A DNA stretch of 64,000 nt from a virus (lineage: Duplodnaviria > Heunggongvirae > Uroviricota > Caudoviricetes). The first letter of the stretch is position 1. The number at the start of each line of letters is the position of its first letter. Where the stretch lies: the IMG/VR virus record IMGVR_UViG_3300028887_000069, positions 116,898-180,897 of that record; one strand, 5' to 3'. The notes under the pieces are model-generated. The model was not told the origin of the DNA. It made no database searches and saw only the letters and a list, made by a program, of their open reading frames with translations. Positions 56,332 through 64,000 of the stretch are shown piece after piece. Both the position numbers and the translations under genes were made by a program.

Positions 56332-56359
56332 AAACATTTGAAATGTAAAAATAAAAAAG

Positions 56360-56367
56360 TATATTTG
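56360..56367 (+). promoter_or_regulatory. Bacteroidota -7 promoter box
   Basis: TATATTTG 3 nt before ATG 56370 (a leaderless or near-leaderless transcript is possible); TTTG upstream at 56337. Confidence 0.5.
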
Positions 56368-56369
56368 CA

Positions 56370-56630
56370 ATGGAAAACGTATTGATTGTATTTAACGCCC
56401 CATCCGACTTGGGAATGGGTGAGGAACTGACAGATGAACTGATTAGAGAGAAATGTTTTAAAGTAATGAGGTTTGACAACGGCAGCGAGGCACTGTGGAC
56501 ATATGCGAACCTGCCATGCACATGGTCACACCTTGTGGATGAGGACACCGATACCGACAAATGGTGCGACGAGGCGTTTGAACATATCAAAAGCCACGAC
56601 TACGATTGGTTGGAAGAAAATTTTGAATAA
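56370..56630 (+). CDS. Acidic hypothetical protein
   Basis: 86-aa ORF. Confidence 0.7.
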   Translation: MENVLIVFNAPSDLGMGEELTDELIREKCFKVMRFDNGSEALWTYANLPCTWSHLVDEDTDTDKWCDEAFEHIKSHDYDWLEENFE

Positions 56631-56652
56631 ACCATAAACAACACCAAATCAC

Positions 56653-56862
56653 ATGGAAGAATTTATAGTTGAACAGACAAGGGTATGGGACGTTGACAAC
56701 CAACTCGTGGTTGCAAATACCGCTGAGGAGGCAATTATGGTTGCCAAAGCAAACAATCCCGACTATTATAATTATGATGAGCCACATTCTATAAATGCCA
56801 TTAAAAGTGTTTCTGTTGGCGTGTCATCCTATGTTGCCCTTATAAGAAAAAATATCAAATAA
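56653..56862 (+). CDS. Hypothetical protein
   Basis: 69-aa ORF. Confidence 0.6.
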   Translation: MEEFIVEQTRVWDVDNQLVVANTAEEAIMVAKANNPDYYNYDEPHSINAIKSVSVGVSSYVALIRKNIK

Positions 56863-56863
56863 C

Positions 56864-57112
56864 ATGAAAACATACGAAGAATTCATAGGAGAGATACACA
56901 CCTTGAGAAAGACATATCCCTCCTACATAAGAAAGGGACAGGGCGTCTTCAATGCCGTAGAGGAAATATACGGACCTGATGTCGCAAGATACGTCCAATG
57001 CAATGAAGGCATCGACTGTTTCTATGACGACAGCATGATTACCGCCTTCCTTGTCTGCTGCTATAACCGATACATGTTCTTGGAGAAGGAAAAGGATGGG
57101 AAAGATAAGTAA
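56864..57112 (+). CDS. Hypothetical protein
   Basis: 82-aa ORF, RKGQ..FN...DCFYDD. Confidence 0.7.
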   Translation: MKTYEEFIGEIHTLRKTYPSYIRKGQGVFNAVEEIYGPDVARYVQCNEGIDCFYDDSMITAFLVCCYNRYMFLEKEKDGKDK

Positions 57113-57189
57113 GATAATATCATTGGCATTTGTCGCCCTAAGCGGTTTCTACGTGGCAGGTGAGGTGCTTAAAAAACTGATTAAGGACT

Positions 57190-57699
57190 ATGAAGAAAAT
57201 AAAGATATTCCTTGCGGGGACGATAGATAACGGTGACTCTGACAATTGGCAGCAACAGGTCATTGACGCTGTCAGGGAACAGTTGGGTGACGAGGTTATT
57301 CCCATCACTCCTGAAACCAAGGAAAAGGCATTGGATGACGATAAAGACGGTCTTGTTCTGTACAACCCGAGAAGGGACAATTGGGCAAAGGATGCCACTT
57401 ACGATGAAGTGGCGGAACAGATACATTGGGAACAGGAACGCTTGGATGATTCAGACCTGATATTCATGTCGTTCGGTGACAACTCAGTCTCACCAATATC
57501 CCTCTTGGAACTTGGCCTGTATGCCAAGGACAATAAATTGATAGTCTTCTGCAATCCCAAATTTTGGAGATATGTGAATGTCCGTGAAACCTGCAAGAAG
57601 TACAAGATACCGATATTCTATAACACTATAGATAACATGGTAGGGATAATGGTTTCAGCATACAGGGCACGTAAATCGTACAATAACAGCCAATCATAA
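57190..57699 (+). CDS. Nucleoside 2-deoxyribosyltransferase-like protein
   Basis: IFLAGTI...WQ...YNPRR...QI.WE...D...SPISLLELG...FWR..NV. Confidence 0.8.
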   Translation: MKKIKIFLAGTIDNGDSDNWQQQVIDAVREQLGDEVIPITPETKEKALDDDKDGLVLYNPRRDNWAKDATYDEVAEQIHWEQERLDDSDLIFMSFGDNSVSPISLLELGLYAKDNKLIVFCNPKFWRYVNVRETCKKYKIPIFYNTIDNMVGIMVSAYRARKSYNNSQS

Positions 57700-57711
57700 A
57701 CAACAAACAAA

Positions 57712-57957
57712 ATGTTCAAGATAATGACACAGAAAGATAGCGACTACTTCAAGACGACGCAGACAATGATGCGCCGTGTGCGTACAATGCTGCGCAACCT
57801 TGCGGAACGCTCGGACATATCCGACGTGACCGAGAAGTGCAACTACGCAGCAGACAAGGTCGAGAATGCACTCTCGATGTTGGACTTGGTCGACCAACAA
57901 TACGCAAGCAACAAGGGATGCAAACAACTAAACCTGTTCGACGACTATGGACAATGA
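57712..57957 (+). CDS. Helical hypothetical protein
   Basis: 81-aa ORF. Confidence 0.65.
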   Translation: MFKIMTQKDSDYFKTTQTMMRRVRTMLRNLAERSDISDVTEKCNYAADKVENALSMLDLVDQQYASNKGCKQLNLFDDYGQ

Positions 57958-58207
57958 CATTCTGAAAGCAATATACGAGAACGGCATGGCTTGGCTCATG
58001 ATGGGTGAACTCATCAGCGCCGACAACAACATGACCAACGAGGAACGCCTGAAAAACATACAGACTCTCTCGGAAATCGGTCACACCCTTACTGTCAATG
58101 AATGCGAGTACATGATTGAAGTGGGTAAAAATGACAAGCAAAAACTGACAGAGATGGCTTTCAAAGGCATTTGTTCACTTTGTGAAGAAATAAAAAACAA
58201 CAAATAA
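57947..58207 (+). CDS. Hypothetical protein
   Basis: 86-aa ORF. Confidence 0.65.
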   Translation: MDNDILKAIYENGMAWLMMGELISADNNMTNEERLKNIQTLSEIGHTLTVNECEYMIEVGKNDKQKLTEMAFKGICSLCEEIKNNK

Positions 58208-58211
58208 AGAT

Positions 58212-58436
58212 ATGGGAAGAATCATAGTTTTACTCCTCATTGCACTGTTTGTCATGTGCGGAGTCTACACATGGGTGACATGGCTCAAGGAGAACGGTTT
58301 CGGAAAGAAAGACGACAATTCCAGAATGATGGAGGAAAAGGACAAAGCCATCAGGGAAAAGGATGAACAGATTGAAACCCTTGAAGGAAAAATCGCCTCA
58401 TTGAAGGAAATGTATGACAAGGAAAATATAAGTTAA
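58212..58436 (+). CDS. Small membrane-anchored coiled-coil protein
   Basis: N-terminal TM helix plus charged heptads. Confidence 0.65.
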   Translation: MGRIIVLLLIALFVMCGVYTWVTWLKENGFGKKDDNSRMMEEKDKAIREKDEQIETLEGKIASLKEMYDKENIS

Positions 58437-58453
58437 TTAAAATACATAGAAAA

Positions 58454-58948
58454 ATGGACAGTAAAGAAATTATCAAAGACATTGAGAGAGCATTCAACGA
58501 ACTCGGGTTCGACGTGGATGTCAAAGACCTATCCGACACATTCGCTGAAAAGATTAAGGACACTGTGGAGAAAGTCGGTCCTGAAATTGAAAAAGGTTAC
58601 GGGAAAATCCGTTCCAAAATGGATGGATTGAAATCCAAACCCGTTACCATCCACACCGAATACAGGTCAACTGTTGAAAACGGTGAATACAACCTCGTGG
58701 TTGTTGCGACGGGTCATAGCGAAAACGACATCAAGGTGGATGTCAACCCCGCTCTTAACCGCATTGAAATCTCTTCAAGCATGAGCGATGAGATGAAAAA
58801 CAGTTGGTTTATATCAGAAATCGACGGGTATATTGAACTTCCGAAAAATATCCACTACAGCACATTGACCAAATACATATCGAACGGCCTCCTGTTCATC
58901 AATGGCAAGGTTGCTGCAGAAGAGACACCCGCAAAATTCTCCATCTAA
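58454..58948 (+). CDS. Hsp20/alpha-crystallin-like protein
   Basis: EYNLVV.ATG.SENDIKVDV...IELP...A/T.Y.NGLL.I pattern. Confidence 0.6.
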   Translation: MDSKEIIKDIERAFNELGFDVDVKDLSDTFAEKIKDTVEKVGPEIEKGYGKIRSKMDGLKSKPVTIHTEYRSTVENGEYNLVVVATGHSENDIKVDVNPALNRIEISSSMSDEMKNSWFISEIDGYIELPKNIHYSTLTKYISNGLLFINGKVAAEETPAKFSI

Positions 58949-58981
58949 CGACCTTTTAGGTTTTTTGTTCTATATATCAGG

Positions 58982-59009
58982 AAATCCCACCTTGTATGAG
59001 GTGGGATTT
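58982..59009. terminator. Bidirectional intrinsic terminator
   Basis: AAATCCCACCT-TGTATG-AGGTGGGATTT followed by T-tract, between convergent genes. Confidence 0.85.
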
Positions 59010-59017
59010 TTGTTTTT

Positions 59018-59881
59018 TCACTGTTCGGTATTAAGCAAGTCTTTCTCACATTTGACAATCACTCGCCCTATATATTTGGCATACTCCCCTACCGCCCATT
59101 CACATCGCTTGACAATATGATTGTATGTAATGTCAAAGTTTTGTAACGCATTCTGAAGGTTTGGATTGTCCTTGTTCTTTGTAAGGAAATTCATCCCCCT
59201 TTTAAGTTTCCTGTATCCTGAATATAAGTTTGTATCCGCAATGGCGTTCCTTATATCCCCGTATACCTCGGCAATATTGTCCATATGCATTATCGCTTGG
59301 TATGCTTGGTTGGCAAACGCATACAGTTCCTTGGCGGTGGAATAATACAGTATTTCACTTATGGTCTTGATACCTTTAGAAGAACTGTTAATGTTTTTTG
59401 CGGCCAACCCGTATGACGGATAATGTTTCGTGTTTCCGTTACTCATGAAGCCTTGGAATATGTGTTCCAACTCATGTTGAAAGGCGCCGTAAAGGTGCTC
59501 ACCCATAATTCTGTTGTTCACAAAGTCAAAATGCATGTCCAATGTCTTGGTTTTGCTGTTGTATTTGTTTGGGCGGCGGCTGTATTCGGTTCTCACCTTG
59601 GCATATATGTTCCTGTCGCCAAAATACATATTATGGCATACAACCTTGATTGCATCACCAAAATCCTTGATATTGAAAGTAAAGATGTTCTCAAAGATAC
59701 CGGATTGCACTTTTTTTCTTGGGCGTGACAATGCGTTTTCATAGACAGCGTTGGATATCCTCTCCGCAATCTGTGTCACCTTGTCAGAGATACCAAGTTC
59801 CTCCGTGACGGCTTCACTGATAAGTCTGTCTTCACGGAGGATAGTCTTGGGTAAAATTGATTTAATGTCTAACATATACAT
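59018..59881 (-). CDS. Hypothetical protein with HExxH motif
   Basis: FQHELEHIFQ...ELYAF; related architecture to 62657. Confidence 0.7.
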   Translation of the reverse strand: MYMLDIKSILPKTILREDRLISEAVTEELGISDKVTQIAERISNAVYENALSRPRKKVQSGIFENIFTFNIKDFGDAIKVVCHNMYFGDRNIYAKVRTEYSRRPNKYNSKTKTLDMHFDFVNNRIMGEHLYGAFQHELEHIFQGFMSNGNTKHYPSYGLAAKNINSSSKGIKTISEILYYSTAKELYAFANQAYQAIMHMDNIAEVYGDIRNAIADTNLYSGYRKLKRGMNFLTKNKDNPNLQNALQNFDITYNHIVKRCEWAVGEYAKYIGRVIVKCEKDLLNTEQ

Positions 59882-59888
59882 AAATATG

Positions 59889-61805
59889 CTACTCTCTTAA
59901 AGCGTCAATCAGTCTGCCTGTCATGTCGGGCAACGCTATCTTTTCATATGTCCCGTCATCCTTGAGCCATATGAGGCGCCTGTCGCCAATCTCATAGCCG
60001 AGTTGCATCAGTCCTATCTGATACAGGCTGAGTTGCAATGCGTAATGTGAGAGGCTTTCGTCAATCAAATCGTCGAACGGCGGTTCCATATATACACCCT
60101 TCGAGCGTTTGTAATCATCAGACAATGATTTATTGGTGTTATGTGTAACTAAAAGCATAGTATCAGCCAAGTAAGTGTGTGATGGACTATCCACTTCAAT
60201 ACATCTTGTTTTAACAGTCTCACAATATTCAACACTTGATATGTTTCTATAATCACGTTCATTTCGGGTTGGACATTCTACCTTAATTTTTCTAATAAGG
60301 AACGGATTCATGTCAGTGCTAAATGCAATATCCCATTTTTCAAAAACCGGTTTTTTCTTACAGTTATTGCACTTACCTGTGGCTTTAATTACAGTTGGTT
60401 TAATACCGAGAGAAGTTACCAGTTTTACAGTAAAATCCACCTGTGATTTCTTAGTTGTTGCCATAACAAAACGTTTCCGTGTCTTATTATAATAACCGTC
60501 AGTATCCATTAAGCCTTGTAATATTTCAAATCGTTCTTCAAACGTGAATCCATTGATAAACTCATCTGGAATATGTTTGTTTTTCAAAAGATTGTATTTT
60601 TTCAATTGAGTTGCCAATCCAAAAACACAGCGTGTCTTTGCTTGACCACAATGTTTTCCATCATTAACATTATTACCTACATGGTAACCTCTTTTTTCAA
60701 TCTCGTTGAATATTTCATCATACATGTTCGTGACATAACCGCAAGCGGAGTGTCCATCACCAAGCCAAACACCGAAAACATAGGGGTCCACCTCAATATT
60801 ATTATCCTTTTCAGTATTTAACGGTTTATTAATTTGTATTTTCGGAATCGTAAGTGTATGACGTTTTTTTCCTGTATGGTTTTTGAGGTATTCATGCAGT
60901 TCAAGAGTCGTCATAACCTTTTCATCCTTTTCCCCATTTTGTTTATTAAAATAGACAAGCCATCTGTGTTCTTCGTCAGCCACGATTGAATAGTTGTCAT
61001 CAAATGTGATTTTCATACAGGGATTGTTGTGTATTTCCGAAATGCCTGTTATCTTTGCGGGATTTCCGTCTTTGTCATATACACTGTCCCCATACTCCAA
61101 TGTTCCCATTGTCTTGAATCCCTTTGTTGTCAAAATAGGAGTTTCCAAAGGTAACCCTTTCCAATCGTGTATGGCGAGTTTCCATTTGCCACCCTTGTCT
61201 TGGTATGCATGGAGGATGTCGAAGGTTCCTGCATATCTCTGCTTGATACCGAACTCGTTGCCCCTCTTGATGTATATCTGTGATTCAGGCATCACAGGGT
61301 ACATCTTGATTGGTTTGCTGTCATCATAGAACGAATCGTACATTTCCATGTAGTAGTTCATTGCGGCCACCTGTTTTCCCGAATAAGGTATCAGGAAGCC
61401 TTCCTCATATTGGGGTTTGATTACGTCACATATCTTTTCAGGATGCCCCTGGAAAAAGTGCATGAGCATTTCCCCGTAAAGGTGTGTCGACGAGCCGTTA
61501 TTGGTGCCTATTATGTTGGTTTCCTTCCACATTCTCGTGACCTGTTCAACAGTCAACCCGTGATTCAGTGCGTATCTTTCCTTGATAGCCTGCCAATCCG
61601 TATACGGCTCGAACTTCTCCACAGTGCCGCTTACGCTTGGCAATTCCTCTGTCTCACCATCGTCATAATGCACATAGTATTTGTGCGGTCCTTCCTGAAA
61701 TTCAAGGTTTTTGAATGAGTTGATGATGTTCTCCCTTATCTTCTTCACTTCATCAGGTTCGGGATAGTCTTTCAGCCTTTTCTGAATGTCCTCGTTATTT
61801 AGCAT
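59889..61805 (-). CDS. PD-(D/E)XK (Cas4/RecB-like) nuclease interrupted by an intein
   Basis: Extein motifs PSVSG, G...H.YGE, E..I, AGTFDIL, DWK|TNK, Y.LQLSLY; about 298 aa after splicing. Confidence 0.8.
   Translation of the reverse strand: MLNNEDIQKRLKDYPEPDEVKKIRENIINSFKNLEFQEGPHKYYVHYDDGETEELPSVSGTVEKFEPYTDWQAIKERYALNHGLTVEQVTRMWKETNIIGTNNGSSTHLYGEMLMHFFQGHPEKICDVIKPQYEEGFLIPYSGKQVAAMNYYMEMYDSFYDDSKPIKMYPVMPESQIYIKRGNEFGIKQRYAGTFDILHAYQDKGGKWKLAIHDWKGLPLETPILTTKGFKTMGTLEYGDSVYDKDGNPAKITGISEIHNNPCMKITFDDNYSIVADEEHRWLVYFNKQNGEKDEKVMTTLELHEYLKNHTGKKRHTLTIPKIQINKPLNTEKDNNIEVDPYVFGVWLGDGHSACGYVTNMYDEIFNEIEKRGYHVGNNVNDGKHCGQAKTRCVFGLATQLKKYNLLKNKHIPDEFINGFTFEERFEILQGLMDTDGYYNKTRKRFVMATTKKSQVDFTVKLVTSLGIKPTVIKATGKCNNCKKKPVFEKWDIAFSTDMNPFLIRKIKVECPTRNERDYRNISSVEYCETVKTRCIEVDSPSHTYLADTMLLVTHNTNKSLSDDYKRSKGVYMEPPFDDLIDESLSHYALQLSLYQIGLMQLGYEIGDRRLIWLKDDGTYEKIALPDMTGRLIDALRE
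60138..61157 (-). mobile_element. Class-3 intein (340 aa) with LAGLIDADG homing endonuclease
   Basis: Begins GLPLETPILT; block B EEHRW, block F TRCIEV, block G VTHN|T; LGVWLGDG-like and LQGLMDTDG motifs. Confidence 0.85.
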
Positions 61806-61840
61806 TGTATTGTATATTTTTATAAGATTATTTTCTTATG

Positions 61841-61848
61841 CAAATATA
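61841..61848 (-). promoter_or_regulatory. Bacteroidota -7 promoter box for the minus-strand genes
   Basis: TATATTTG on minus strand 36 nt upstream of ATG 61805. Confidence 0.55.
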
Positions 61849-61982
61849 CTATTTTTCTGTCAGTTAGATAATAGAAGATTGAAAAAATGTTTACATTTCA
61901 TAATTTTATTTTGAAATAATTGAAAACTTTTTAATTTTTGTTTATATTTATATGTAAATAATCAAAAATAAAAACAGATAAT

Positions 61983-62660
61983 ATGAATGAACTATTAAAA
62001 ATGTACATCAAACCAACAAAAGAGTCGCTTGATTTGGTTGAAAAAGGTGAAATGACCAAGATTATTCAAAGGTGGAGGCTCCTAGGACTAATGGTAGGTA
62101 TAAGGAAAAATTCAAAAATTGAAAAGGACGTGGCTGTCAGTTATGAGACCATGGCATATTTTGCCATTGAACACAGCAACGATGGAACATACGGCGGTAA
62201 TTTTGAAACGTGGGTTTTCCCATTGCTAAGGATAATAAGAACAGGGAAGAAGGGTGTCATATCTCATATAAGCCGTGCGGTCAAACCCAATGAGATTGTT
62301 GATATACTTAATAAGGTTTCTCTCAACGACATTGAAAAGGAGATTGTCAAAATATACGGTAGGAAAAAATATGACACTGACCTGTGGACTTTGTTTGCGT
62401 TCTTCCGTTCAATCGGACAAGGCAATATTCCTTTGACACAACTTGACATTGATATTTTCACTATGTTAAAAGAAAAAGTTGTAACCCTTAATGAGTTTTT
62501 GAACAACAGAAAGAAATCTTTCATGTTTGATGATGATACAGTTTCGTCAAAAGTTGCCACAATAAAACCTGCAAATGACATGGGTGCTTTAGTAACCGTA
62601 TTGATTGCAAGTTATGTCATCAAGAAAATAAACGAGGAAGATAAAAACAAGAAACAATGA
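61983..62660 (+). CDS. Hypothetical protein
   Basis: 225-aa ORF preceded by TATTTATA at 61945; IQRWRLLGLMVGI motif. Confidence 0.7.
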   Translation: MNELLKMYIKPTKESLDLVEKGEMTKIIQRWRLLGLMVGIRKNSKIEKDVAVSYETMAYFAIEHSNDGTYGGNFETWVFPLLRIIRTGKKGVISHISRAVKPNEIVDILNKVSLNDIEKEIVKIYGRKKYDTDLWTLFAFFRSIGQGNIPLTQLDIDIFTMLKEKVVTLNEFLNNRKKSFMFDDDTVSSKVATIKPANDMGALVTVLIASYVIKKINEEDKNKKQ

Positions 62661-63580
62661 TTAGTGAAAAGTTGAAAACTGTACTGACTGAGGAAATCAG
62701 GAAAACGGTGCGTCTCATCCTTGAAGAAAGGAGACTTGACGAGGCGGACTTGGCTAACAACCCTGTGGACCACGAAATTGACAGAATGTACGAGAAAATA
62801 AGCGGTATTTGTGAAGAAACCGTTCCCAAGCCTTTCAAGAATAACATCAGGATATGGACGGGGATGTTCGATGAATCCATGTTCGGTGTGGAGACAACAG
62901 TCCATTACAAGGTTATCTCATATCCTTCCGAGGAAATAAAAGTTATTTTACATTCAAATCCAACCTTTCAAAAGATATTGGGATTTAATACCAAAACAAG
63001 TGAACTATATTTGTCCTATGAAATAATTGACGGTGTTTCCGATGACAATGTTGTTGCCGATGAGTTCGGTCATGAACTGAACCATTTATATCAGGATGCC
63101 TGCCGTATTCAAAACCAATCGCCACGGCCTGTGTATGGAAAGGATTTGTATGGGGCGGTTAGGAATGGTATGGAGTCAAAAAACATTTGTGAGCGTTGTG
63201 TTGCCAGACTAATTTACTATTCCAACCGACGTGAACAAGACAGTTTAATACAGGGCTTCAAATCCGAACTTAGGCGGAGAGAAGTCAACCCTTCAGAGAT
63301 TGATAATACTGAAACTGAATTCAGTAAAAGCGCAAACGAGTACGAAAGGTATGTTGAGTATTTTTTGAATAATCATGAGAGTGACGACATGAAGAAAGTT
63401 ATATCATTTTATACAAAAAATTTCGGATATGATTATCGTGGACTGTATGATTTGTTCCGTTTCAGGTATGGCCGCCTGTTCAAAAAATACAAACGTGCGG
63501 TTGACGAATACACAAGATGGTATAAAAATAAGTATAATTTCTTTTCAGAAAGGGAGGGGTTAAATGAAAGATATATTTAA
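62657..63580 (+). CDS. Hypothetical protein with HExxH motif
   Basis: FGHELNHLYQ...EQDS. Confidence 0.7.
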   Translation: MISEKLKTVLTEEIRKTVRLILEERRLDEADLANNPVDHEIDRMYEKISGICEETVPKPFKNNIRIWTGMFDESMFGVETTVHYKVISYPSEEIKVILHSNPTFQKILGFNTKTSELYLSYEIIDGVSDDNVVADEFGHELNHLYQDACRIQNQSPRPVYGKDLYGAVRNGMESKNICERCVARLIYYSNRREQDSLIQGFKSELRRREVNPSEIDNTETEFSKSANEYERYVEYFLNNHESDDMKKVISFYTKNFGYDYRGLYDLFRFRYGRLFKKYKRAVDEYTRWYKNKYNFFSEREGLNERYI

Positions 63581-64000
63581 TGATGAACAAATGAAGAAGA
63601 CGGTTATAGATGCTATTGGTAGCATAGTATCTGACAAACTTATCCCAAAAGCATTATTGAATGTTGCGGAATACAACGAACTATTGCAATATTCGGATTG
63701 TACAAACACCATTCATGATTTGTTTATGTGCTGTGATGCGGTAAGAGAGAAGGTACGTTTGAAAAACTTGGTTGGGGAGATTTTGTTCAATAACAATGAG
63801 ATTAAAAAGTATGACAGATTCCTTGAAGAATTCCGTATGCTGATTGACAATTTCAGAAGTGATTACAAACGCAGGGGCAAATTGCCAAAAATTGGAAGGA
63901 ATAACCATACCTACCCGTTTGAACGGTTGAATACATTTTTCACGGAAACCTATACGAAATACAAAGAATATGGGGAAGTTTTGAAAGACAAATTGTCGCC
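63564..64000 (+). CDS. Partial hypothetical protein (runs off window)
   Basis: Open frame from ATG 63564 to window end. Confidence 0.65.
   Translation, partial: MKDIFNDEQMKKTVIDAIGSIVSDKLIPKALLNVAEYNELLQYSDCTNTIHDLFMCCDAVREKVRLKNLVGEILFNNNEIKKYDRFLEEFRMLIDNFRSDYKRRGKLPKIGRNNHTYPFERLNTFFTETYTKYKEYGEVLKDKLS

Noticed and set aside
1-64000. Genome-wide TAG-to-Gln recoding (Lak/crAss-type code 15)
   Set aside because: Long conserved genes have no internal TAG. TAG ends genes exactly where the next gene starts (6668, 8564, 9018, 9412, 10453), and read-through there quickly hits other stops. Only one in-frame TAG (38720) was seen.

Overview
This window is part of a large dsDNA bacteriophage genome, most likely infecting a Bacteroidota host (Prevotella/Bacteroides-like). 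The host call rests on TAnnTTTG promoters, A-rich leaders without Shine-Dalgarno motifs and typical Bacteroidales-phage accessory families. Standard code 11 fits. About 110 genes are present, all on the + strand except two at 59.0-61.8 kb. The first 700 bp carry two perfect chromosomal-type parS palindromes among TTAAC boxes. 3.8-21.2 kb is a mosaic of six paralogous accessory families sharing short, near-identical anchors and gene junctions; one 770-aa member ends in a C-type-lectin-like domain with a DGR-style variable-repeat signature. 21.6-45.3 kb holds host-takeover and metabolic genes: GH16, GH73, GNAT, Thg1, PurA-like, TelA, vWA, SmpB, ClpP, and a PncA/NadE/NAMPT-family/Prs-like set. 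The NAMPT homologue has Ala at the Asp219 specificity position, suggesting a deamidated NAD-rebuilding route. A solo TnpB element with resolvable ends interrupts a small gene, and a class-3 intein sits in a PD-(D/E)XK nuclease. Twelve 67-68 bp promoter modules of fixed geometry punctuate the + strand. No tRNA, rRNA, CRISPR array or reverse transcriptase was seen. All family assignments come from motif recognition by eye, not from database searches.
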